Below are positions 26,879 through 51,800 of a stretch of DNA of 64,000 nucleotides, in pieces. This stretch comes from Balanoglossus misakiensis (Eukaryota > Animalia > Hemichordata), in the NCBI GenBank assembly GCA_040954595.2, contig CM082580.2, forward strand, positions 2,222,783-2,286,782. The letters are read 5' to 3'. The first letter of the stretch is position 1. Each line of letters begins with the position of its first letter. Under the pieces are notes generated by a model. It was not told the origin of the DNA. It ran no database searches and saw nothing but the letters and a program-made list of their open reading frames with translations. The translations under genes and the position numbers were made by a program.

Positions 26879-27277
26879 ATGCATCTCACATTGCTCATGG
26901 TCTTAACGTTCATTGGCGGTTGTTTGGCAGTGTGTCCCGCCCCGCAAGACCTGGACCCCGCTGTCTGCGCCATACTGTACGACATTGGCAGTGAGGACGA
27001 AGACTTGAACTGTCGCGGGGCCACAGTCACCATCAACCGAGTGGTGCGCGAGAGGACCAGAATGACAAGCCACGGTGACTGGAACAACCGAGTGTCCGCC
27101 CTGGTTGTCGACGAAGGCTGCCGATTTGTCGCCTACGAGAAGTTGGCCGCCAGTGACAACCCAGAACGGGAGATCTTTGGCGGAGGGGTTTACTACCTGG
27201 GCAGCGTCAGACGCAAGGAAGATAAAACGAAAACGTGGGATGACGTCATATCATCCTACACTTGCAAATGTGGTTGA
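26879..27277 (+). CDS. SYCN-like: Syncollin-like secreted protein, copy A2 (protein identical to A1)
   Basis: Identical 132-aa translation. The overlapping alternative-frame ORFs are also identical to those over A1. Confidence 0.85.
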   Translation: MHLTLLMVLTFIGGCLAVCPAPQDLDPAVCAILYDIGSEDEDLNCRGATVTINRVVRERTRMTSHGDWNNRVSALVVDEGCRFVAYEKLAASDNPEREIFGGGVYYLGSVRRKEDKTKTWDDVISSYTCKCG

Positions 27278-28473
27278 AATCGAATGAATACGACATGGCG
27301 TTGATAATACCGCATAAGAAAGTCGCCGACAGAACTATCTTTCCCCCACATCTACACAGTGACAACAGCACACGTGCGAAATCCTTTGCTTAAAGATGGC
27401 TTCTTTCAATAAAGTACATCAGTTTTACCCTATATATAGTGTGTCGTGACTCTTTATTTATTTTAATGTCAACAGACACCATATCAGCAGTTTATATGGA
27501 GCATTATGACACCCTTCCTACACGCTATTAAGGCGGGCATGCTTTACATATGGCTCTAGTCTGTGAGGCATAATAAGGCAAAAATGAAAAATACAAAAAT
27601 AAATTCTACCTTTCCACTCTACAGTGGTAATTTTTGAGCTATCACAATTGCATAGGTGTGACCATCGCTGTAGCTCAATATAATGAATTTCACTTTCGCA
27701 TAATCATCAAACAAACGTCTTTGCCAAAGGCAAAGCGGAAGAGATCACACGACACCCTGGGTGGCTGGAATCCGATGTAAGTTGTAATCCTGTGTGAGTT
27801 GGTTACTTTCGTCTGGATCAGGTTAGCTTTATGACAGCATAACTGCTCTGTCTGCTACGTTCACACCTGGTACTTAGATGACAACGTATGGAGGGAACAA
27901 ATGTTTCAGTAGAACCATTGCAAGTTCTTTCGGAGTATGGCCTGTTTACTCGAGTAAGTAAGCTGAAATGGAATATACACATTTCCACTAAATTATTCCG
28001 ACAACCCAAATAGTATCGATAAAATTTAGACAAATTTAGAATTCCATAAATATCTGGAGTCATAAATTTCACGGCAGTTTTACTTTCATCTACGTATACG
28101 CGTTAAATTGAACACAGTTTTAAATTAGTTTGTGAAATGTGTGGATGCAATACTCTAAACTATATTGGAGTTTCACCCATGTTGCCAGATGTGTATACCG
28201 GTAGTCGCAGACTTTATTTGAGTCAGCCATTCATGATTGAAACGTTCATTACACATTACAAGAGTTTGCGTGTCTGTTGTTTAATATATACTAGTAAGAC
28301 AACAGATCACGGCGACTACAGTAATATCTGACAACTCACTGCCACATTCACAACCCTCTCCCCATGTACAAACTACAGTTATTTCCAGTGCAGGGTCATT
28401 ATGGCATTTACAGTTTATTAAAATGAGACAAAGGACACAGGTGTTACAGTAGGATGAAATATTTTTTTCAACT

Positions 28474-28824
28474 TTATTCAGACATGTGAACGGCGCCTAA
28501 ATGGTAGCTTCCTTTGCCGAATTCCCGCTTCTCTGGGTCCACAGCTGGGTCATCGTTCACCGGTATCGTTTGGTAGCCAACGAACGTGCATCCCTCGGCG
28601 ACGACTAGGGCAGACGCTCGATCGTTCCAGTACACCAGCCTGGTCCTCTCGGGTACTGAACCTTGGATGAAGAAGATGCCACCGCGGCAGTTCGCCTCAT
28701 CGTCCTCACTACCGACTTTGAACAGCATGGCGCATATACCGGGCGGCAGGTCTGGTTGGGTAGGACAGACTGCCAAACAGCTACCGATTACCGTCATGCT
28801 TACCACCAAACCGAGGAGGTGCAT
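28474..28824 (-). pseudogene. Syncollin-like copy B2, C-terminally truncated (116 aa)
   Basis: Near-identical to B1, but a deletion at a cgt microhomology removes WDKAISSYTCTC. Ends LGAVHMSE*. Confidence 0.8.
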
Positions 28825-29615
28825 GGTCTTGGGTGCTATGTGTCTTTTTTGGGGTATACAGAGTCAATCACTTTATAACCTGAAAGACACAATCATAAAC
28901 TCTGTGAATTGACAGTCTCCCATGCAAGTTTAATCGCTTGTACTGATCATTTTGACAGATTGCACTATCATTTGAAAACATGCTGCCTACTAGAAGAGCA
29001 CCACTTCGCTATAACGGTCACCGACAAAGAGGAGCTGTTTTTTTTAATACTAGCAGGTCTGTAATGTTGCATTTGTCAAAAACACGCTTTGAGTTTTAGA
29101 GTGATTTAAATAACTACACCAGTGTGCCAATTTTAAGACCTAGCAAAATAACCCACCGAAGGCAAGCAGCAGTCTTGTTAAGTGTGAACACTGTCTGGGC
29201 GCTTGGTTGAAGTGACAATTCGACTTGATTGTGATCATATATCAGGTATTTGCATTCATTAGTATGCAAGGTGACGTTATTTCCGGGTAGTCTGATTCTC
29301 CGAATATAACATTTGCAAGACAGTAGCATAATTTAAATTACACATTGCCATGTACTTTGGTTTTGTACATTTTGAATATTTCTTTTTATTTATTTGACTT
29401 GTCCTCCCTGCAAATCTGTCCATATGGGTGAGGGAGCTTACCAGTGATGATGGTGGCTGTGGTAGATGGATGGGTGGGTGGGTGTTTGGGTGTTTGGATC
29501 TGGGTGGATGGATGGATGGATGGAAGGATGGATGGAAGGATGTAAGAAAGAATAAATGATGTCTCGATACCTCTATATTGTATGTGTTTGTGTGTGTGGG
29601 AGTCAATCGACTTCA

Positions 29616-29666
29616 CTATTGGCATTTACAAGTGCTGGATGAAATGGCATTATCCCACGTATTCAG
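29616..29666 (-). pseudogene. Duplicate of the syncollin-like 3' remnant
   Basis: LNTWDNAISSSTCKCQ*. Confidence 0.7.
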
Positions 29667-31392
29667 TTGACTCTGTGTTCAAGTTTGAATTCAATCCAAA
29701 GTGTAGACTATAGATTGGCGAAGAACAGAGTCACAGTGACATCCACAATTTATTAAAATGAGATTAAAGCTCAAGCATAACATTAGGATAATCTACTTTT
29801 CAAGTTTATTCGGACAAGTGAGTATTAATTTTCGCGTTCTCTTATTACATTCACTGCATCGTTACCTTCCAAACATTTACGCGACTTTTTATTTTCACGC
29901 TATTTTGGCTCTCGCGTATTTCGCGAAAATGTTTTGCTCGCGAAAATAAAGTGTTTTAAAGTATGCAAAATGAGGCTTACTTATTCGAAGTAACGTGTAG
30001 TTAACATCAATGTACATGTACACAGAAATCCACATAAAACTGTAAATCTAAATTTTATTGTTTCGCCTCATAGTGATGCAGTGGATTATTCCTGTAGTGT
30101 AGCGGTTCAAATTTTCTTAGACAAAGTATAGTAAATGAGAAATATTTGGTTTTAAGATGTGAAATAATTTTACCTTTAGAACATTTGGTCATTGTACGAA
30201 GTACCCAGAGTCTGCGTTATCTGGGTGGGCGAATCTCTACTAAAATAGAAAATGTTTGCTCTCTATTTTCGTAAAAAAAACACACACGAGACAAAAGGGT
30301 AAAAAGTTGAATTGTAATAAGTAAAAGTAAATGTGCGGGTCATATGCGATCTCGTACCATTTTGATATTTTATTGCTGTGCTGACAGTGTTCAGGAACTA
30401 ACTATATCTGCACTGGCCTGGCCCCATGCTTGTTATTATACTATTCAGAAATTAGCCTCTTACGTCACTTTCGCATATCGAGATCGGCGCTACGCTGCTG
30501 TGCGATAAGTGAAAGTGAATAAAAACGCAACAAATCACTCATGTTTTTCACCAAGACTTTATTAGAACCTCTTTTCAAGGAAGGCATCGGTTCACTGTAA
30601 AAGTTTATTGCAAAGCATGGTCTGTCGTTTTGTTTTGTTCAGCCATTTGCAGAACAATTAGCTGTTTGCAGTAAAACAACTTGTTGAACAGACTTGAGTC
30701 AGTTTTACTTGTTGAACACTCAGACACACAAATCGTTTGAAATCTGCATTGCCATGTGGACAGTGTACAGTCGGCATTAACGCCACCAGCAGGTACCGGT
30801 AGGTTCAATAACACATTCACTTCAGAATAAGGCATCCTGGCACTATGGCCGCCGAGGGCGTATTATTGATGCAGGATATGTTGACATGCAGTATTCAATC
30901 AATGCAGCTTTATAGGGTGGGTCTCGTCCAGCACGCTGGGAAAATACTCTAGCTGTGGAAACGCAGCTGTTCCGCCGGGGTGAGGGGATATGCCATTTCC
31001 CCTGTCCGCGGGGGCAATTAGCATAACGCCCCCTTTTTTCACAGGAGCCAGCAATTCGAGCTAGAGATCAGCGTTCTGTTCCAAATCGTGTGAGTCGAAA
31101 TTACCACATGCAGTGAGAACAGACAGTCAGACATGTTTAATCAATACGAAGACCATTTGCTATATCTATATAGGACAAATGGAAACTTTTAACTGTTTGG
31201 TCCCCTTCCCGAAATCCCGACATATATACACAACACATGCATTAGATGAATGGATTACTACCACGCCAACTGAAATAGTGCATAATCGTTATTTGACACA
31301 AATGGGTACGTTAAAACACTGCTACAGTGGATGTCTCAAATTTTTAACTGTTTCGCCGGTATCATCATGTCACAATTCCATGACCAAATATC

Positions 31393-31810
31393 TTATCCGG
31401 ACCCGGGTGTGGTGTTGGTATAGCATATGCAAACATAAGACAAAACGCAATCATCCTACGTACGCACTCGGTTATTGTCCCTACGCTCGAAGTTGCCAAG
31501 GAAGTGCGCTCCAGTCTAGAAGATCCTCTTGGGGTTGTAGCTCGAGAGGCTCTCGTAGGCATAAAAACTGCAGTTTGGAGCCACGACCAAGTAAGCGGGA
31601 CGCTTTTTTCCAATTGGTGGGTAGTTTCGTCTTGCTCGTCACCTCGCCCTCCATTCTAAAGCTGGCGGCTCGGCAGTTCTTCGCTTCAATCTTGTTGCCT
31701 ATGTCGTACAGTATTGCACAGATACCCGGTTCCCGATCCTCCGGAGCCGGGCATACTGCCAAACACCCACCGCACAAAGCCAGGATTATCACAAAGCTGG
31801 TGCACTGCAT
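31393..31810 (-). pseudogene. Divergent syncollin-like pseudogene D
   Basis: MQCTSFVIILALCGGCLAVCPAPEDREPGICAILYD..NCRAA..NWKK, then a frameshift, then LVVAPNCSFYAYE..IF*TGAHFLG..RT*DDCVLSYVCIC. Confidence 0.85.
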
Positions 31811-33767
31811 GTTGTACTGTTAAAGGTACATGAGCTGCAACTGGGTTAAAAAATCAAAGTTTTAAATAATCTCATAAATGCTTTTAATTGTGTCTATTAA
31901 ATGATATTTCATGATAATATATCAAGCTCAACACTTATTTATTCAAAATGGCCAACAATTAAAGAAAAAAGAAAATTCCTGCATTTTTTTTAAAAAGTGC
32001 AATATTGCAATGAAAGGAAAATATAATGTCTTAACGGTGTACATTTGCTTCCATGAGCTCAAGTGGATGAGATGATGTTTTGTTTATGAAGTTTCATAAC
32101 CGGAAATGCAACATTTTCACTGTTTCTTGCAATTTCCCACGTTGGCGGCCATATTCGCCTGCGGCAAAGCTTTATTATTTATCTGGTTAAAACTTGCATA
32201 TGCACTCATATTTTGTAGCTTTATTTGACGAAGGATATAGCAAAGAGCTACTGTATTTCGATTCATAAGTAGCCTTACCACCGTTCGCCCCCTCCGTCGA
32301 AAATATCCCGACAATGTGGACTACAAACAAAGAACTTGCCGGAGACGAAATGCCAGCGTTGGAATGGCTTCATATAATGTCTTGGAACTTTCGAAGAAAA
32401 GTGTGCAACGACAGTGTTTTTAATTGATACTGGAGGAGCTAGCAGTTGGTCAAATAATTAGATTGTCCCCCAAATTTTGTAAGCCTTAAGGCTAACAGGA
32501 AATGTGCGCAACTTTTTTGGAGTGAATTTAAGTGCTTGCATTTTATATAAAATTCATAATGGGGATTGTGTTATTTTCGTTTCGTTGCGGCTTTCGGGGC
32601 TTTTATTTCATGATGGATCTTTATAATTGTTCAACATAAAACAACCTCTGCCTATAGCCTAATTTTAAATTCGCGTGTTCTGCCGAACTTAAGCACAGCG
32701 CACATAACAAACAATACCGGTTAAATTTACATCAGTCTATTATCAATTTTTTTAAAAAGTCCTGTCTAATAACAAAATGAAACGACCCCATTAAAATTAC
32801 ACATACATGTACTTTTTACTAATCAAGGGCATCTCGCATAGATGTGGTTTGTCATACGGACACCCAAGCGCCTTGTTATTTTTATTGATATTACAGTGGA
32901 TTACATGTACTATATTTACCAACGAAATGATCGATAAGACAATTATTTTAGTTTAGCTAGCGAAATCAAAATACGATAAGTCCATCAAACTGTTGACGCC
33001 GTTTTAGTATACAGATCTAGACGAAATTTACCAGGGAAGTTACAGCATTGTCGACAATATACAGGTTTCTTTCCGTCATGTGGGAGAACGTTTTCTCGCA
33101 CTCCTGGTGGCTAGGAGTGTCGGGATCCAGAATATTGGATCCAATTTGAGTCCCACACTTTCGCAGAATCGAAAGGTGTACATGTAGCGGCACTATGCAC
33201 AATTCTCCCCCCCCCCCCTCCCCCCACTTCCCATGGCACAGCTGCGTTTCAACAGCTAAAATTCTTGACATTTCCAATCGGTTTGTTTGGGTGTACATAA
33301 TAAAAATCGACCCACTGTTCTGCGACCTACACTATACCTGCGAACTATACTTTCCCTCGTGATCATGATGAGAATCCACAATTGATTGAGAAACACAAAA
33401 TCAAATTATAAACGATAAATAATACACAAAAAAATTTCAACTATCATTTGTCTATGAATACGGTCACCACAAGTCATATCATCATATCGTAATCTCTAAT
33501 GATGAATAACCACGACCTACTTGGATCTTAAGTTGCTGTCATGCCCAGTCTATGATACGATTGGCTGCTACGTTCATTCTAAGAATTATCTAATAATTTC
33601 AGGGATTTGTGGATGAATTGTAATGTTTATAAACAAACAAACACAGTGCGACGATCCCTTCACTTTAAATCAAGGCACTGTAAAAAAAAATGTGAGTACA
33701 AGTGGATCAAAACCTATTTTTTGAAGATATGATAATCTCAATAATACTGTGTCCATTTCTGTTGCAC

Positions 33768-45978
<12,211 letters not shown>

Positions 45979-48219
45979 GTTGAGACTGTCGGGCGGCTAT
46001 CGATGCGGTCGTTCGCTGTGGTCGGCGACGAGTGGGCTTGTCTTGCAAACACAGCTACGCTTAAGTCGGTAATCCCCAACAATCAACATAATGGCAGTCG
46101 GATTGCATATGAAAGCATCAGTTGGAGTCATTGACTAGCGCCATGTGAAGTCATTGACATGCTGGTTGCCTGTGTAATTTCTCGTGGTTTGTTCACAAAT
46201 ATGGATATCAACCATACAATGGACAGTTAAACCTCTCATTGCAATCCGTGCCTGACTCATGGGCATCTGATACAGTCCAGGTACGCCCTATAGTGGCTTT
46301 GAACGGTCTCACTATTTATCGCAGGCTAGCCTAGGGTACATTCTGGGCCCCAGTGTGATATACAGTGGCCTTGAAAAGACTATTTAAAATATAACTGCTT
46401 TTCAGATGAACGGATGGGATAAACCATATCTTTTAAAAAAATATTCGTTCTGCAAAACTATTTTCCAACACATTGGAATCCGTTCAGGCAGCCCTTAATC
46501 GACTTTTGGATCGGAAATTTGAAAGTGACGTGATTGACAGTCTAGCTTCCACCAAGTGCAACTATGTTGTTGTTCCCAGCCTGACATATCGTTTAGAAAC
46601 CAGGACACCGACTTCGTATGTGGAAATGCTTCTTTGAGTGAGAAAGGCAGTTATTCGCTTGAAAATACGCTGAAAATCCCAGAGTCGGTTGTTATTATAA
46701 AGAGTTCCCATCCCAGAGATCACAAGACAAGGGAATCGTACATACACAGCGGCGATTGGACTTTGTTTGATGTGAATAACATGCTACGGACTGTATTTGA
46801 ATGGATTGGGGTTGATTTTCTTGATGTCCATGACATGTCTCAGCTCTGGTCCATGTCTCTAAAAGCAACGTTCACATGCCAGATGAAGTTATGACTCAAC
46901 AAGTGGACTTTCTTCTATCCTATGTCTGTCCCGCCTTTTCAACATAAATTGTATTATTATATACCTAAGGCAGTAACCTATGGCGGTGAACAGTACAATA
47001 CGTTTCCATGCATTTGCAATATAGGCCGACGATATTGTAGTATCTCTGAAATGGTATTCAATTATGATTCTAACATTAAATAAAGGCTTTTGCATTTGTA
47101 GTCAATGTTTTACGTTTCTCCCATGGGGAAAATTGACCCTGCCCCAAATCTACGATCGAAATGTCACGATCCTGCATAAATGCTTGTGCAAAAGATGGCG
47201 ATACACACCGGCCCACCCGATAAAAACCCACACACCTCCTGCAGTAATTTTTGTCCAGTATCTCAATGAGCACGACCGTCGCAACTGTTATCTCCGTACA
47301 CGCTATCACGTACACAAGGTGACACTGGTCACCACTGACTTGTAAATTGTTGACTGGAATAACTTGTTACATTAAAGGGACAAAGTCTCCCTCGCGCTGC
47401 CTCTTTTCCATTAATTATGTTTTATACAAGACACCATTTATGTTAATGTACATGTGGATATATAGTGAATCAACGTTCAACCACACACAATTTTCATCCC
47501 ACTTGTAGACACGATAGTGAAAAACTCGCCGAAATGAATAATCTGTCTCTACCATTTATTCATTTTTAGCGAAATGTTTACTCATATATCCTATAAACAC
47601 GAGTTTAAAGGCGTTTCCGTGTCTCATTGGGCCAGGAGAAGAGAGTGTGAGTGAAAAAAAATCTAAATTTCACATAATATGTCGTCACCATGTTTAAATC
47701 GAGGTGGACAAGGTTATATAACAGATTGCATGAATGAACGGACCGTACTTTATAGCACAGGCGTTTGTAAGAATGTTTTTTTTAGTATTTTCTTATTGTA
47801 AATAGGTTAAAATATTGCAATGATCATAAATAGATCGAGGGTGTTGATTTTTGTCTATACTTTGCCTGCTGGGCCTCCACATCATCACCACCACTTTATG
47901 CAACATTCGGACAGTTCTTTTATGGTGTGATAACATCCCTTTCGAGAGGTTAAAGTCTAGGCGACATTCTCATTCTTCTCAGATAAATAAAATGATAATA
48001 AAGGATGTGGGAAATTGCAGATACCAATTTCAGTTGATATCACAAGAAGTCATGACTTGCCTAGCCAGATATAGGTATTAGTTCTATTTGGATTCAAACC
48101 ACCATAATCAATTAGTCACCCAATGGTGGAGGGTCCTACACTGGCTCACCCCACCAGTATGGACACTAGTCTGCTCCCCTGCCCCAATCCCACCGCTGGC
48201 TGCGCTACGCTAAAGGGAA

Positions 48220-48495
48220 AGGGAAAGTCCACCGTCGTAGTTCGGCTTGTGGGCAATCGTGAATTCGGCTTGTATGAAAATTAACACAAAGGACCAGTGC
48301 AATGATGCGTAACACCAGGCTAAGTGTAGACACGGCGTGCGGTGAAGGATGACGTCACAACGATCGTGGTACTTGGAGGGGAATTCCCTTGCACTTTCAC
48401 ATACAAAGCTACAAAACGGAAGTAGGCCTAAACAAATTGAATAAAAGCTAGGCTGTCTGCATTGAGCCGAACTGCGACGGTGGGCTTGATTTCCA
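48220..48495. repeat. Small inverted-repeat element upstream of the RTK
   Basis: ccaccgtcgtagttcggct near 48229 versus agccgaactgcgacggtgg near 48465. Confidence 0.6.
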
Positions 48496-48807
48496 CATTA
48501 CGGAGTGGTCAATGTCGACGCTATCTCCGCTGACGAACGGCGCGGAGTATAGTTGGAGATCCAGCGAGCCCAAACAAACTTTGATAATTTATCGAAGTGA
48601 TTGTTGCCCTTTTCACGTGCGTATCGCGATTCTTCTACCAGTTCGTGCTACACAAAAACCCTTTCAACGGCAATTGTGTCATGTAACAAAACCGCCCCTG
48701 TTTCCGTTTAGCGTCGATGCGTTTCCGGCTTCGCTGTTGATCGTCAAGAGTGGTTTTGGAAAGCAAACGACGTTGGTTGTCACGGACTGTAGCAATATCA
48801 AAAAGCA

Positions 48808-51800
48808 ATGGATCTCCTTTACCGTATGTCTTGGGTAATCTTCCTGATTACTCTGTCGGGTAAGTTTGGTATAACGTACTTGGACCATGCATTTCGCTTT
48901 TTTATTTCCACTAAAGTATACTAAAGCTAAGCGAAAGTTATTTCCGTTCTGTCGATTAGTGTTGGCCGTTCGAGTGGACACACACAGACACCATAGTACC
49001 TTATTTATCCCAGGAGTAGCATCAATGATATAATGACACTTTCATTTTTGCTGATAATAACTGGACACGATTGGCAATAACACATGTTGGACAATATTCC
49101 TATTTCTAGACGGGTACTGGACTCGGTGGTTTGATGAACCCAAAGGAATGTCTGGTGACCTTGAAATGTTATACAACAAGCGTAGAGCGTTTCCTCATTT
49201 AATATGCGACAACCCGTCGGCCATTGAGGTAAAAACGTCTGCGGGTTTACCGGCTGCTCAGACAGGAGAGCGATTCGATCAATATAATTCCCTTGGGTTC
49301 AAGTGTTTGAATGACCAGCAGGATGACGGTATGTGCGAAGATTACCAAGTGAGGTTTTGCTGTCCGGGTAAGTTGGAAATATTCTTCGATGACTGTAACA
49401 TATAAAAATATATATTTTAGTCGGGAAGAACGTAGTTAGGCACCTTACAGAATATACTTTAAGGGGGGGGGGGGCGGAGGATTTTCAGGGGGCACACATT
49501 TCTCCCAAAGAAAAATTGGGGGGGGGGGGGTGGGCAGACATAAAAATCACAATCCTTTAGGGGGGCATGTAAAAAACCTTCACAAACTCAATATTTGCCC
49601 AAAAGTACTGATTTATAAGAAACAAACCACCATGGCTACCTGGATGACAGATGAACTCCACAAGTGTATTAAATCTCCATGAGCTGGAATTTCGGGTACT
49701 TTTTACGGTGGTTTATTTTGTATATCTACGACAGTTTCTTGTTCTACTACTCTGTGAAGCATAATATTAAAATGTCCAACTTATTTGGCCTGCCAGCACA
49801 GACCATATATGTACAGTGAACTGTCATTGTTGTTACTGTTGGTACTGTTGATAACTGAGCTCAATTCAAGTCCAGACTAGAATTCATTAATAACATTCAG
49901 ATATGTATGTTGCCGAAACAGCATGGGGTGTTCTATGTAAGGATAGCATAAGAAACCATTGTTGGTTCACAGAAAATAAAATAATGAGGGTCTCTTTGAT
50001 GAAAGTGGATGGGGTATTGTTGTTGACTGGTGGAGTTATTGGGATATTGATTATGGCAGTGACTAATTTAGTTTAGTGAATGGAATGACCCTCAATTCTC
50101 ATTGATTTAACAAAACTAACAGAAATATAACAATCACTTTATATGTGATTTCATGTTATGAATGAGGTGTTCTTTTTCAAGAAAAGGTCTGAAATGCTCC
50201 TCAGGATTGTTGCTTTCAGTGGCAGTCACTTTGTTTTGTACCAGCCAAAATTGTTTAAAAGACGTTTAAAAAAACATAAAATTGTACATGACTACTTGTT
50301 TAATTTACCCATTGAAAAACGAAAAACATTTTATGTATGCTTTTGCCAAAACTTGCAGAATATTTTGAAAATACTGTAAAGGACACAATCTCATGTTTGA
50401 TTTGAATTTTCTAAAAAAAACTTGATTGTTGATTGTTAGAAGGAGAATGTAAAATGCGAAATTGTTAAACAATTGAGTATTGTCAATTTCCTGAAACTGT
50501 CACACATGATCCATTGAAAAATGCTATATTGAAAAATATAAAATAAATACTATGTCACTCTGCTTGATAATTAGATTCAACGATAATTGTATATTTTCCT
50601 TTGAAAAACCTCTGATGCAAAAGTGCTGACGCAGCGTTTTTTGACATGTCTTCTTTACAACTAAAGTGTTAGATGTAGTGGACATAGTGACAGGAAGTTT
50701 TGTCATAATTAACTTATTTTCAGAAAACTACAATCTTAGTTGCCCATTGCTAGGCTTCCCAAAAGTGTGCCACTTGCTAAGTTGCAGTCCCTGCAAAAAC
50801 ATGATTTTTATGACCACTTAACTGTCCCCTGTAAAATTGGTTATATCAGTGAGAAAATGATATCTTGATTGTTCTTGCAAATGGTGATGAACTTGTCAAA
50901 CTGTATGTGCCGTAGTCTGTAAGCATGCATGTATATATTGGGGGAAGGCCATAGAAAAAACACAGGAAATTTAAGGGGGCACGGATTTCCTTCACAATTT
51001 ACAAGGGGGCATGGAAAAAATCACCGGGAAAATAACAAATCCTCCAGCCCCACCCTGGAAGTAAATTCTGGACAGTCTCTTAAGAAAGATAAGTAACATA
51101 TAAAAATGTGTAATATTCATAGCACGATGCTTACCTCTCCCAAAATATGCTAATTTGATTTATCATAGGGGAGTTTGGCGCCACCCCGTGCCTTACAGAA
51201 GAAGAGGTATACAAATATCCCACAAGTAACAATGTCAGTCTCTCCGTTTATGAGGTAATGTACTTAGCTAATGTTGAGGGATTACGGATTTTTTACGTGT
51301 TTATTCTTGTTTGTGTCATTAACTGTTTGCAACATTTAATGGATATATGTATAGATGTATGGCTGGCTAGCCGTATGGCTGTAGAGGTATATGTATGCAT
51401 GTACACCTGTATAACGCAGCTGTGTGTACTAAAATAATATAATAGATTATGTTTCCATCTCTAGAACTTGAGCATAGGAAGTCGCGTATTTGTATTTGAA
51501 GAATGGACTACAATATCACCAAACATGACTTTCCACCTCGTCTATGGCAATGACGTAAGTAGATATTGCATGTCAATGCAACTTAGAGATTACTCTGTCA
51601 GTGACTTGAAAAGGAAAGACCAATTAATAATTATTATAATATATAATTCTACTATCCGCCATTATGATTGGACGAGACAAGTATACCGCTGAATCTATGG
51701 TCCCTGATTTGACCTCATGTTTCAATGTTTTCAAGGAAAATAGGGAACTAAGGAGAGAACATAAAGAGGGAACTGGGAGTGAAAGGGATATTAAATCGAC

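Larger units (their letters stand above)
25043..30596. mobile_element. Kolobok-type DNA transposon ends (about 140 bp inverted termini) bracketing duplicated host DNA
   Basis: TTAA|agtgcaccgatgccttccttg... at 25043 and ...caaggaaggcatcggttcact|GTAA at 30596. A KolX-like fragment lies just inside the left end. Confidence 0.7.

Noticed and set aside
20538-28912. Overlapping alternative-frame ORFs on the syncollin-like genes
   Set aside because: They reflect GC-rich coding sequence with few off-frame stops, and their recurrence is explained by the duplication.
31113-31823. 236-aa + strand ORF
   Set aside because: Antisense shadow of syncollin-like pseudogene D, with no recognisable motif.
30945-33270. 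Inverted tagctgt(g/t)gaaacgcagctg motifs flanking pseudogene D, suggesting gene capture
   Set aside because: The match is short, no TSD is visible, and two independent copies of a small repeat is the simpler explanation.
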